A stretch of DNA of 64,000 bases from Longimicrobiales bacterium (lineage in GTDB: Bacteria > Gemmatimonadota > Gemmatimonadetes > Longimicrobiales > Gaopeijiaceae), in contig OY730414.1 of assembly GCA_963422615.1 (NCBI GenBank), forward strand, positions 310,001-374,000. The letters run 5' to 3'. The position numbers were made by a program, and so were the translations under genes. Numbering within the stretch: the first letter of the stretch is position 1; every line of letters begins with the position of its first letter. The notes below the pieces were generated by a model. The model did no database searches. It was given only the letters and a program-made list of their open reading frames with translations, and was not told where the DNA came from. Shown here one piece after another: positions 28,900 to 38,281 of this stretch.

Positions 28900-30411
28900 T
28901 CAACGGTTCCCGCATCCGCGCGAAAAGAAACCGCCGACCACCCGCCGAACATCGTCGTACTCGGCCATGCCATCCCGGGGCGGTTTCGTGAACAGACTTA
29001 CGCCGACCGTAACCGCAAAGCCAACGGCAAACCCCGGAATCATCTCGGAGAGGTCGTAGAAGTGATCCCTGACCCAGAGGGCCCATATCACGGCCGTCAA
29101 GAAGCCGGCGATCATCCCCCAGATGGCCCCCGCACGGGTCGTTCGGCGCCAGAAAAGCGAGCACAAGACCGCGGGCGTGAAGGCCGAAGCCAGCCCCGAC
29201 CACGCAAAGAGCACAAACCAGAAAATCATCCGGCTTTCGGTCCATGCGCTCCCCAGTCCCGCAATACCGATCACCAGCGTGAGTCCGCGGCCGAGCATCG
29301 CGAGCCGCCGTTCCGGCGCGTTGGGTCTGAAAATCTTCTGCACGACGTCCCGAACCGCCGCCGAAGAGGCCAGGATCAGCAGGGAATCCACGGTTGACAT
29401 GATCGCGGCAAGGACCACCACCAAAACAATGCCCGTAACCACGGCCGGAAAGAGTTCTGCGGCCATCACCGGTAGCACGGTTTCTTCGTCGGCCAGTCCG
29501 GGGAAAAGGAGCCGGCCGGTCACCCCGACCAGCACCGCCCCGATGTCGAACACCACGATGCACACGACCGCGATGACGCCGCCCTGCAGGATTTGACCCC
29601 GATCCCGAGCCGACATGAAACGGGTTAGCAGCTGAGGCGCACCCAGAAACGCGAGACCGATCCCGGCGAAGCTCAGTGCACTGACAACGCCGGCTACAGA
29701 AAAGCCGTGTTCGCCCATGGGTCGCAGCAATGCCGGATCCGCCGCGCCGATCCCGGCCGTCAGGGAATCCCACCCACCGGCGCTCCATATGCCCGCAACG
29801 GGCAGGGCGATCAGGCAGGCAAACATGAGGACGCCCTGAACAAGGTCACTGTACGCCACGGCCTTGAATCCACCGATGCTCGTGTACAGCAGGATGATCG
29901 CGGCTCCGATCAGTACGCCGTTCTGGTAGCTGGTCCCCAGGAACGACGAGAACGCCTTCCCCGACGCCGTGAGCTGCGCCGCCGTGTAGGCACCGACCAT
30001 CGTGAGGATGATCACTGCGCTCACGATCCGGATCACGTGCGACCGATCCCTGAAGCGGTCGGTCAAGTAGTCCGGCACCGTGATTGAATCGTACCGGTCC
30101 GTGAACTCTTTGAAGGGGCGAGCCACAAACGCCCACGCAACCGCAATGCCCAGGACCTCCCCCAACACGACCCAAAGGGCGTGAAAGCCGACCATGTAGC
30201 CCATCCCTGTCAATCCCAGGAGGAGCCAACCGCTTTCGCCCGTGGTCGTCGTGGAAAACGCGATGACCCAGGATGGCAGCTTTTTCTCCGCCACATAGAA
30301 TCCCGCAACCGAACGGCTGGTCCGGCTCGCCCACCCGCCAATCCCAACCAACACAACGAAGTAAAGACCCAGAACAGCGAGAATGGCCCCGTTTGCCCCT
30401 ATGCTACCCAC
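28900..30411 (-). CDS. Sodium:solute symporter (PutP-like)
   Basis: ESGWLLLGLTG, ITVPDYL..RF, GGFKAVAYSDLVQG, PQLLTRFMS, AAIMSTVDSLL; about 13 TM segments. Confidence 0.92.
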   Translation of the reverse strand: MGSIGANGAILAVLGLYFVVLVGIGGWASRTSRSVAGFYVAEKKLPSWVIAFSTTTTGESGWLLLGLTGMGYMVGFHALWVVLGEVLGIAVAWAFVARPFKEFTDRYDSITVPDYLTDRFRDRSHVIRIVSAVIILTMVGAYTAAQLTASGKAFSSFLGTSYQNGVLIGAAIILLYTSIGGFKAVAYSDLVQGVLMFACLIALPVAGIWSAGGWDSLTAGIGAADPALLRPMGEHGFSVAGVVSALSFAGIGLAFLGAPQLLTRFMSARDRGQILQGGVIAVVCIVVFDIGAVLVGVTGRLLFPGLADEETVLPVMAAELFPAVVTGIVLVVVLAAIMSTVDSLLILASSAAVRDVVQKIFRPNAPERRLAMLGRGLTLVIGIAGLGSAWTESRMIFWFVLFAWSGLASAFTPAVLCSLFWRRTTRAGAIWGMIAGFLTAVIWALWVRDHFYDLSEMIPGFAVGFAVTVGVSLFTKPPRDGMAEYDDVRRVVGGFFSRGCGNR

Positions 30412-30417
30412 GAGACA

Positions 30418-30675
30418 TCATCCCTCCGGCCCCTCACTTCGGGATATGCCACCCGCATTTGTCCCCTTGGCGGAGCCCCTTGTGCCAAGTAACGTCCCGG
30501 GGTTTGAAGACGGCCCCCTGCCGCCAGGGGCAAAATCGCCCCGGGTTTTCCGTTTTTCGTCCCGAGGAAAGTCTGCGGGGCCGTGGATGCGGTACGCCGC
30601 GACGATCAGAATCAGGCCCGGTGCAACGGACAAGACGAACAACACCCAGGTTGCCAAGGGAAGTCCGGCAATCAC
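30418..30675 (-). CDS. Small single-pass membrane protein (putative symporter accessory protein)
   Basis: GTG 30675 overlaps the aminotransferase TGA (GTGA). Sequence MIAGLPLATWVLFVLSVAPGLILIVAAYRIHG...; ends 6 nt before the symporter start. Confidence 0.65.
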   Translation of the reverse strand: MIAGLPLATWVLFVLSVAPGLILIVAAYRIHGPADFPRDEKRKTRGDFAPGGRGPSSNPGTLLGTRGSAKGTNAGGISRSEGPEG

Positions 30676-31985
30676 CGGAAGGCCTCCACGACCGCGCAGG
30701 CCCTGCCCAGCCGGGCGATCGCTTTTCCTACCTCGTTTTCGGAGATCAACAGGGACGGACCCAGCCGAATGACGTGGCTGTGCAATCCGCCGATACCAAT
30801 CAGCAGCCCTTCGTCTTTGGCAGCGTTCAGAAGTCTTGCAGCCAAGCGGGGCGACGGTTCCTTGTTCACGGGATCCTCCACGAGTTCCAGCGCCTGCATC
30901 AGTCCCATGCCCCGCACTTCGCCGATCCATGAATGTTTCGCCGCCAGCGCGTCCAGGCCGATCCGGAGTTGATTGCCCTGGTCGCGGGCGAGGGCCCGCA
31001 CATCCTCCGCTTGCATGACCCGGAGGGTCGAAATCATGGCCGCCATGCACAAGGGATTTCCGCCGAAGGTCGATAGGGTCTTGCCGGTCCAACTATTCGC
31101 AACCTTCTCGCTGGCCACGACGGCTCCGACCGGCATTCCCCCAGCAACCCCTTTTGCAACAACCAGGATGTCGGGAACCACATCCCAGTGCTCGATACCG
31201 AACCAATGGTCGCCCGTTCGGCCAAATCCAGCCTGGACTTCATCGGAAATGAAGAGCCCGCCGTAGGAGCGGATTACCTCGGCCATTCGTTGGAAATAGC
31301 CCTTCGGCGGAACGATGTATCCCCCCACACCCTGGACGGTCTCCGCGATGAAGGCAGCCGGACGCCCGTTGGTCGTGGTCTCGATCGCCTCGACCAGGTC
31401 CCGGGCATAGACGTCGACCAGTTCCTCGTCGGTAAGACCGGCAAAGGGGGCCCGGTAGGGGTAGGGCGAAAGCACGTGCGTAACTCCGGCGACGGTACCG
31501 GGAAGGACCCGCCACGGCGCGTGGGCGGTGAGCGAAATCGCCGTACTGGTTCTCCCGTGGTAGGCGTAGCGAAGCGCCACGACCTCGGTACAGCCCGTAT
31601 GTAGACGAGCCGCGGCAAGCGCCGTCTCAATCGCCTCGGATCCACTATTGAGGAAAAAAACCCGGTCGAGAGCCCCAGGCGCGATCCCGGCCAGAGCCTT
31701 CGCGGCTTCCACCTGCGGATCGTTCAAGTACAACGGAGAGACGTGGCCGAGTCGTCCGGCCTGGTCCTGCACCGACCGAACCACGTCCGGGTGACAGTGC
31801 CCCAGGGACGTCGTGAGAATCCCGGCGAATACGTCCAAGTATTCGTTGCCGTCCCAGTCCTTCACCCAGCATCCCGAGCCTTCGGCAATGGCCACGGGTT
31901 CCTCGTACAGCGGCCTTACGCAGTCGAAGATGTACTTTCGATGTTCATTGAACAGCCTGGCATTTCGGCTCCCTATTTTCTCCAT
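30672..31985 (-). CDS. Class III PLP aminotransferase (AGXT2/beta-alanine transaminase-like)
   Basis: GNEYLD, LGHCHP, NSGSEA, YHGRT, DEVQAGFGRTG, PLP Lys in PDILVVAKG, TFGGNP. Confidence 0.93.
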   Translation of the reverse strand: MEKIGSRNARLFNEHRKYIFDCVRPLYEEPVAIAEGSGCWVKDWDGNEYLDVFAGILTTSLGHCHPDVVRSVQDQAGRLGHVSPLYLNDPQVEAAKALAGIAPGALDRVFFLNSGSEAIETALAAARLHTGCTEVVALRYAYHGRTSTAISLTAHAPWRVLPGTVAGVTHVLSPYPYRAPFAGLTDEELVDVYARDLVEAIETTTNGRPAAFIAETVQGVGGYIVPPKGYFQRMAEVIRSYGGLFISDEVQAGFGRTGDHWFGIEHWDVVPDILVVAKGVAGGMPVGAVVASEKVANSWTGKTLSTFGGNPLCMAAMISTLRVMQAEDVRALARDQGNQLRIGLDALAAKHSWIGEVRGMGLMQALELVEDPVNKEPSPRLAARLLNAAKDEGLLIGIGGLHSHVIRLGPSLLISENEVGKAIARLGRACAVVEAFR

Positions 31986-31997
31986 GCCCCGTGTCTT

Positions 31998-33461
31998 TCA
32001 TCCCCAGCGTGAAATTACCACCCTCTGGTCCGTGAAGAACGAGACGGCGTCTCTTCCCTGGGCCTTCAGGTCCCCAAAGAACGAATTCCGCGTCCCCCCA
32101 AAAGGGAAGAAGGCCATGGGCGCCGCCACCCCGATGTTCACCCCGATCATGGAGATGCCCGCCCGGTAGCGAAACTCCCGCGCCGCAGAACCTGACTGCG
32201 TAAAAATGGACGCCGCATTCCCGTAGGGGCTCCCCACCACCCTTGCCAGGGCGGCCTCCAGATCGGGAGCCCGGGCGAGGCCGAGAACGGGACCGAAAAC
32301 CTCTTCCCGAGCGATGGTCATTTCCGGAGCCACGTCCTCGAAAATGGTTGGCCCGAGCCAGTGACCCTCCGGGTACCCGGAAACTTCCGCGCTACGCCCG
32401 TCCATGACCAGGCAGGCCCCCTCCCCTTCGGCATGGTGGATCGCATGCAGAACACGGGTTCGGTGGGCAGCCGAAATGAGGGGCCCCATGTCCACCCCTT
32501 CGTCCAGTCCCCGCCCCATCGTGAGGGAAGCGGCGCCATCCAGCACGCGCTCCCGAATCGCCTCGTACGAATCCCCGACCCCGACCAATAGCGATCCCGC
32601 CAGGCACCGCTGCCCCGCCGAACCAAATACGGAGCCGATCACCGCCTCCGCGACCCGGCTCGGGTCCGCGTCCGGAAGAACGATCATGTGGTTCTTGGCG
32701 CCGCCCAATGCCTGCACGCGCTTTCCGGCGGCCCCGGCGTGCTTGTAAATGGCCCTCGCCACCCGGCTGGACCCAACAAACGAAACCCCGACCACGTCTG
32801 GGTGGCGGATCAAGGCCTCCACCGCCTCGCCTTGGCCGTGGACCACGTTCAGGACGCCCGGGGGAAGGCCGGACCGGGCTGCCAGTTCCACGACCTTCTG
32901 GTGAGTGAGGGGATCCTGCTCGCTGGGCTTGAGGACAACCGTGTTACCGGCGGCAATGGCGTAGGGCCAGAACCACAAGGGGATCATCACGGGAAAGTTG
33001 TACGGCGTAACCACGGCGACGACCCCGAGCGGCTGTCGTATGGTCTGGCAGTCCACTCCCCGGGCCACATCTTCCAGCACTTCTCCCATCATGAGAGAGG
33101 GCATTCCCGCGGCATGCTCCACGTTTTCGATCCCGCGCTGCACTTCCCCCCGGGTCTCCGCCAAGTTCTTGCCGTGCTCCCGAGACAGCTGAACCGCCAA
33201 GTCTTCGTGGTGTTCGTCCAAGAACCCCTTCAGGCGGAAGAGCACCCTGGCCCTTTCCACCACGGGCGTCCGCCGCCAAGCGGGGAACGCACAGCAGGCC
33301 GCCTGGACGGCCCGCCCAACATCCGCCGGGGCGGAAACAGGTACGGTCCCAAGAATTTCTCCCGTGGCGGGATCACCCACGGAAAGCCGCTCCCCCAAAT
33401 CGGTTGCAACCCATTCGCCGGCTATGTAGTTGGCCGTGAGCTCAGGGCTGCCGTGCGTCAT
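31998..33461 (-). CDS. mmsA: CoA-acylating (methyl)malonate-semialdehyde dehydrogenase
   Basis: TPYNFPVMIPLW, LKPSEQDP, SFVGS, RVQALGGAKNH, AGQRCLA, MIGVNIGV.AP...FPFGG...SFFGD. Confidence 0.9.
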   Translation of the reverse strand: MTHGSPELTANYIAGEWVATDLGERLSVGDPATGEILGTVPVSAPADVGRAVQAACCAFPAWRRTPVVERARVLFRLKGFLDEHHEDLAVQLSREHGKNLAETRGEVQRGIENVEHAAGMPSLMMGEVLEDVARGVDCQTIRQPLGVVAVVTPYNFPVMIPLWFWPYAIAAGNTVVLKPSEQDPLTHQKVVELAARSGLPPGVLNVVHGQGEAVEALIRHPDVVGVSFVGSSRVARAIYKHAGAAGKRVQALGGAKNHMIVLPDADPSRVAEAVIGSVFGSAGQRCLAGSLLVGVGDSYEAIRERVLDGAASLTMGRGLDEGVDMGPLISAAHRTRVLHAIHHAEGEGACLVMDGRSAEVSGYPEGHWLGPTIFEDVAPEMTIAREEVFGPVLGLARAPDLEAALARVVGSPYGNAASIFTQSGSAAREFRYRAGISMIGVNIGVAAPMAFFPFGGTRNSFFGDLKAQGRDAVSFFTDQRVVISRWG

Positions 33462-33745
33462 TCCAGCCGCTCCGTCCAGAGGTCAAGGGATCCGGTGGCC
33501 ATCCGCCATACAGGGGTGGTTCACCCCGCGCAGGACCCCTGAGGCGTAAAGTGCCACGGCGAAAACCGGGGAGCAAGCAGTAATGACGAAGATCGGCTCC
33601 CGGGGCAGCACCCGGGGAAGTCAAGTAGATTTCCTGGGGGGCTCTCGGTCAGGGGTTCCCTTCGAGTCAAGACAGCAGCCCGCTTCAAGGAATGGGCAAC
33701 GGAATCCCTTTTGAGGTTCGACCTGAAAATCCGTCGACGAAACTC

Positions 33746-35377
33746 ATGAGTGTTGTTCGCAAAGCCTGGGAGCGCTGGACCCGGTTCTTTCTGTCCGCCT
33801 GGCTTCCGATCCTACTCGCGGCCGCGGCAGTCGAAGCTCAGCCGACTTCGTACGTCCCCAGCCTCGATCCCGCGTACCGGGATCTGGACCTGTTGGTCGC
33901 AGAGGGTCTGGTCGTGGACATCATTGCCGGGGAAAAGCCGCACTCTCGGGCCGCCTTCGCCCGGTGGATTGTCGAAGCCCAAGCCCGAGCGGACCAGCTC
34001 GATCGACCCCTCTCCGCCAGGACCGAAGAAGCCATCGAGCGCCTCGCTCGCCGGTTCGGAACCGATTGGGGATCCGGGGTTCGTCGAGCCTTCCCCGGAA
34101 CGTTGAGAGGTACGTACGTGGAAGCGTCGGCAGCCCGTGCCCCCAATCGAGGTCACCACCCAGACGCCAACCTGGACGGGATTCTCAACCCAATTCTCCT
34201 ACAGGCCCGGCAGGGGCGAGAAATCGTCAATGGATCGACAACCGCCGCCGAGGCCTGGATCGACTTGAACGGGAATTTCCTGGCAGCCCAGTTTCGGCCC
34301 CGCATATGGCTTGGCATCCCTCGGAAGCCGGAAAGTACAGCCCTTTCGGCCACGTTCCTGGAAGCGTACGCCAGAACGATCGTCGGTCCCGCTGCCATCC
34401 AGCTGGGCCGGGGCCGCCTGACCCTGGGACACGGCCAAAACGGGGGTCCCCTGCTCTCCGAAAACGCAAGAGGCCTGGACATGCTCCGCATCGGAATGGC
34501 GCGTCCGGGCCGTCTGCCGGGAATTCTCCGCTTCCTGGGTCGGTGGCAACTGTCGGGGCTTTTCGCCGACATGGGAGACGACCGGGATGTCCCCGGCGCC
34601 GATCTGGTCGTCGCCCGGTTGAGCGGCGTTCCAAACCGATACCTCGAGCTCGGCTTCAACTGGATGGTTCTGCAAGGGGGGGAAGGCGCACGGAACGCCA
34701 ACTTTTGGGCCCGCCTTGCCGACACCTTCTACAAAGGACCCAGCCACAACCAGGAGTCGGACAAAGTCGGCGGAGCCGACCTACGCGTGACGATTCCCGG
34801 GGCCCGGACCATGCTGTACGCCAACTTTTTTTCCACCGACGACCGCAACCGTTTCCAGCAGTCGGCGGGAGGATACTGGGAGGACGCGGTCTGGTTGGCC
34901 GGAGGGCGGGTGTTCGGGCTGGGGCCGGGCGGGCGGTTCGACGGATGGTTGGAGTGGGTACACGCCGGACCGGAACCGCATACCCATAGTTTCTACACCT
35001 CGGGCCTCACGCTAGACGGGCGCCTCATCGGAGACGCTCTCGGACCCGCCGCCATGAGCGTCACAGCCGGGACGGACTGGACGGGCTCCGGCTCCAGGTT
35101 GTCGGTAGTGGGCGCGTGGGAACACTACTCGGGCGATGACTGGGAAAGGCGGATCTATACCCGGAATGGAAAACAAGTGGACACGGATTGGCTCCGCATC
35201 GGGAACAATCCGGACGAGATCCGCAAGAGGCTTGTCTTTGACTGGACCCGACTTCCGGAGTCAGGCCGAATCGAGGTCCTTGTCCGCCTTGGATACGAAC
35301 ACGTCACGAGATTTGGCTTCACCAACAAGAACCGGTCCAGTTTCCTCGTGTGGACAAGGCTTGGGTATATCTGGTAA
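33746..35377 (+). CDS. Capsule assembly Wzi-family outer-membrane beta-barrel
   Basis: Signal peptide; LDLLVAEGLV helical N-domain; QLGR...GHGQNGGPLLSENARGLDMLRI; YTSGLT..GRLIG.ALG; aromatic C-terminus (YIW). Confidence 0.72.
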   Translation: MSVVRKAWERWTRFFLSAWLPILLAAAAVEAQPTSYVPSLDPAYRDLDLLVAEGLVVDIIAGEKPHSRAAFARWIVEAQARADQLDRPLSARTEEAIERLARRFGTDWGSGVRRAFPGTLRGTYVEASAARAPNRGHHPDANLDGILNPILLQARQGREIVNGSTTAAEAWIDLNGNFLAAQFRPRIWLGIPRKPESTALSATFLEAYARTIVGPAAIQLGRGRLTLGHGQNGGPLLSENARGLDMLRIGMARPGRLPGILRFLGRWQLSGLFADMGDDRDVPGADLVVARLSGVPNRYLELGFNWMVLQGGEGARNANFWARLADTFYKGPSHNQESDKVGGADLRVTIPGARTMLYANFFSTDDRNRFQQSAGGYWEDAVWLAGGRVFGLGPGGRFDGWLEWVHAGPEPHTHSFYTSGLTLDGRLIGDALGPAAMSVTAGTDWTGSGSRLSVVGAWEHYSGDDWERRIYTRNGKQVDTDWLRIGNNPDEIRKRLVFDWTRLPESGRIEVLVRLGYEHVTRFGFTNKNRSSFLVWTRLGYIW

Positions 35378-35391
35378 GCCGAAAACGACGG

Positions 35392-36597
35392 TCAATCCAA
35401 GCCCGCCGGCAGCGACGCGCCCGCTTCGACGGGCTGGGTCCGTTGGACGGCCAAGTAGCCGTGCCCTCCGCCGGGCAAGCGTACCCGGAACCAAGCTCCC
35501 GTAACCCCCATGACCCGAGGAGCTGCATCTTGATCCAGACTCCGAATCACCCGACTCTGTTGACCCGGGGCTGCGCGCAACGGGACCCCGTCGTCCCGCG
35601 GCTGAACCCGGCTCCCCAGGATGGCCGGATCGGCCACGAGCGCCGGGAGTCTCCCCCGGGAGGGCTCCAGAAACGGGGTCGGATCAACGGCACCTTCTCC
35701 TCCCAGATAGATTCCGAAGTGGAGATGGGGCGGGGTGGTCCGGGCATTCCCCGTGTTGCCCACGAAGCCGATGGTATCGCCGCGCGCCACTTCCTGGCCA
35801 CTGCGAACGTGCTGGCTGTCCAGATGCGCGTAGTAGACTCGGGCATTCCGAATGGAGTCATGGATCCAAACGACTTTGCCGCCGAGTTCTCTGACACTCA
35901 CCCGCTGGGTTCGCCCTGCAGAAGCGGCCAGCACAGGGGTCCCGCGCCGGGCGAAGATGTCCACACCCCTGTGCAGGCGGCGTCCCCCGTCTCTGGGAGC
36001 GCCGAACCGGCTGCCGATCGCCCCCATCCCATGCCCTTCAACAGGGAACCCCAGCTGGGCATCGTCCCCCAGGGTCACACGGTAGTTTCCGCCCCGGAGT
36101 AGCTCCGGTTGCAGGCGAAGGACGAAGTCCCCATCCCTCCTGGATTCGTAGGTGAATGTCCCGGACATGGAGTCCGAAGAGGACACGGGCCTCCAGGGAT
36201 CGTCCTCATTATCGGGCACCCGGAAGAGATCAACGAAGAGGCGAACATCCTCGGGCGAAGTCATGGAAACGTCAACCTCGAGCTTGCGCCCCCGCCCCAG
36301 GGCAAACCGGTACGCCACTGCCGAAGGGACCTCGGGGGCAACGAGGCTCTCCTCCCGAAAAGGAAGGGCCACGCGGACGGAATTCCCAAGGGCCTCCCTG
36401 CCGGCCCGGACCCAGTCCCTGGCCAGGGCGGTTTCTCCAAGCCCGGCTCCGACAAGGGACGCCTGGTACGCCTCATGAGGCGTCATGTCGCGGAACCGGT
36501 CCCGAAACTGCTCCGCCTCTTCGCAACCGACGGACACCCCAAGTACCGCGAACAATCCGATTCGGACCTTGCACCCCGACACACCCCGCATCATCAC
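35392..36597 (-). CDS. M23 peptidase lipoprotein with C-terminal SH3-like domain
   Basis: Lipobox VSVGC; HRGVD, YYAHLD, PHLHFG; LRAAPG...WFRVRLPGG.HGY. Confidence 0.9.
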   Translation of the reverse strand: MMMRGVSGCKVRIGLFAVLGVSVGCEEAEQFRDRFRDMTPHEAYQASLVGAGLGETALARDWVRAGREALGNSVRVALPFREESLVAPEVPSAVAYRFALGRGRKLEVDVSMTSPEDVRLFVDLFRVPDNEDDPWRPVSSSDSMSGTFTYESRRDGDFVLRLQPELLRGGNYRVTLGDDAQLGFPVEGHGMGAIGSRFGAPRDGGRRLHRGVDIFARRGTPVLAASAGRTQRVSVRELGGKVVWIHDSIRNARVYYAHLDSQHVRSGQEVARGDTIGFVGNTGNARTTPPHLHFGIYLGGEGAVDPTPFLEPSRGRLPALVADPAILGSRVQPRDDGVPLRAAPGQQSRVIRSLDQDAAPRVMGVTGAWFRVRLPGGGHGYLAVQRTQPVEAGASLPAGLD

Positions 36598-36625
36598 CCC
36601 TCTTCGGGATGTTTGCCGAACGATT

Positions 36626-38281
36626 TCACACTACATTGGGTCCCGCAGCCCGGACGGCGACGGAAGTCCCGTTGGTGAATCCTTCGAAGTTCTCTTTGAA
36701 CATGGCGGCCAGGGCTGTGGCGGCCAAATCGTACTCCATGCCATCCGCCCACGCATCCCGGGGCACAAGAAGGCTTTCCGGTACCCCCGGAACCCGGGCC
36801 GGAATGTGAAGGCCGAACACCGAGTCCGTCACCGTCGCCTCATCATCGAGGTCACCCTTCAGCGCGGCCGCCACCATGGCCCGGGTGTGGGCCAAGTCGA
36901 TTCGGGTGCCTACACCGTAACGGCCGCCGGTCCAGCCGGTATTGACGAGCCAGACCCGGGCCCCGCAGGTCCGGATGTTCTCCCGCAGCATATCTGCGTA
37001 GACGGTGGCACACCGGGGCAGAAACGGTGCCCCGAAACAAGCGCTAAACGTTGCCTTGGGCTCGGTTACGCCTCGCTCGGTGCCCGCAACCTTCGCCGTG
37101 TACCCGGAAAGAAAGTGATACACGGCCTGCTCCGGTTCGAGCCTGGAGATGGGAGGAAGGACCCCGAAGGCGTCCGCCGTGAGATAGACGATGTGCTTTG
37201 GATGCCCACCCCGCCCCGAGGGCACCGCATTGGGGATAAAGTGGATCGGATATGACGCCCGCGTGTTCTCGGTGATCCGGCTCGATTCGTAGTCGATTCC
37301 CCGAGTGCGTTCGTCCACGACCACGTTCTCCAGGATCGTTCCGAATGTTCGGGTGGCCCGGTAAATGTCGGGCTCGGCCCGAAGCGATAACCGGATCGCC
37401 TTCGCGTAGCAACCGCCTTCGAAATTGAAGACCCCCTTCTCGCTCCAACCGTGCTCGTCGTCGCCGATCAATCGCCGCTCCGGAGTCGCCGACAACGTGG
37501 TCTTGCCCGTGCCGGACAGGCCGAAAAACAGGGCAGTGTCCCCCGCTTCGCCGATATTGGCGGAACAGTGCATGGGAAGAACCCCCTTCGTCGGAAGGAG
37601 GAAGTTGAGGAAGGTGAAGACGGATTTCTTGATCTCCCCGGCGTAGGCCGTTCCCCCCACAAGAATGGATCGTTCGGCGAAGTCGATTACGATGAAGGTC
37701 CCGGAGGTGGTACCGTGGCGATGGGGATCCGCTCGCATCGAGGGAGCGTGATAGACGACAAGACCAGCTCCGGCGTCCGCTCCATGAGCGGAAGATGCGC
37801 GCAGAAACATGTTGTGCACGAAGAGGTCGTGCCACGGGCTCTCGGTGATCACCCGCACGTCAATCCCGTACCGGGGATCGGCCCCGGCCCTCGCATCGCG
37901 AACGTACAGTTCCTGCCCGTTCAGGTGCTCGATGACATCGGCCTTCAAAAGGGCATAGTGCTCCCTCGACAGGGGAACGTTGACCTTGCTCCAGTGGATG
38001 CTGTCGCAGGTGCCCGGCTCTCGAACGATGAAGCGATCTCCGGGGGAGCGGCCCGTGCAGGGAGTCGTATCCGTGACCAAGGCCCCCCCTCGGGCGAGCC
38101 TTCCCGCTTCCCGCCTCAGAGTCTCTTCGTAGAGCTCCGGAGGGCTAAGATTCCGGCAGACCGTCCGGCCAGGCTTCAGGCCCTGCATATCCAATCCCCC
38201 ACATCCATCAATACCGGGTTGATGACCGTCACGGGGATGCCCCGTGGGGGCAGGACCGATGAGATTCGGGACCACAGTCAT
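36626..38281 (-). CDS. pckA: Phosphoenolpyruvate carboxykinase (ATP)
   Basis: TGRSP, YAGEIKKS, MHCSAN, FFGLSGTGKTTLS, LIGDDEHGW, NFEGGCYAK; ATGA overlap with maeB. Confidence 0.97.
   Translation of the reverse strand: MTVVPNLIGPAPTGHPRDGHQPGIDGCGGLDMQGLKPGRTVCRNLSPPELYEETLRREAGRLARGGALVTDTTPCTGRSPGDRFIVREPGTCDSIHWSKVNVPLSREHYALLKADVIEHLNGQELYVRDARAGADPRYGIDVRVITESPWHDLFVHNMFLRASSAHGADAGAGLVVYHAPSMRADPHRHGTTSGTFIVIDFAERSILVGGTAYAGEIKKSVFTFLNFLLPTKGVLPMHCSANIGEAGDTALFFGLSGTGKTTLSATPERRLIGDDEHGWSEKGVFNFEGGCYAKAIRLSLRAEPDIYRATRTFGTILENVVVDERTRGIDYESSRITENTRASYPIHFIPNAVPSGRGGHPKHIVYLTADAFGVLPPISRLEPEQAVYHFLSGYTAKVAGTERGVTEPKATFSACFGAPFLPRCATVYADMLRENIRTCGARVWLVNTGWTGGRYGVGTRIDLAHTRAMVAAALKGDLDDEATVTDSVFGLHIPARVPGVPESLLVPRDAWADGMEYDLAATALAAMFKENFEGFTNGTSVAVRAAGPNVV

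Noticed and set aside
33462..33745. Structured leader or riboswitch upstream of mmsA
   Set aside because: Several short hairpins and three CTTGAC hexamers on the minus strand, but no known aptamer consensus and no convincing -10 pairing.
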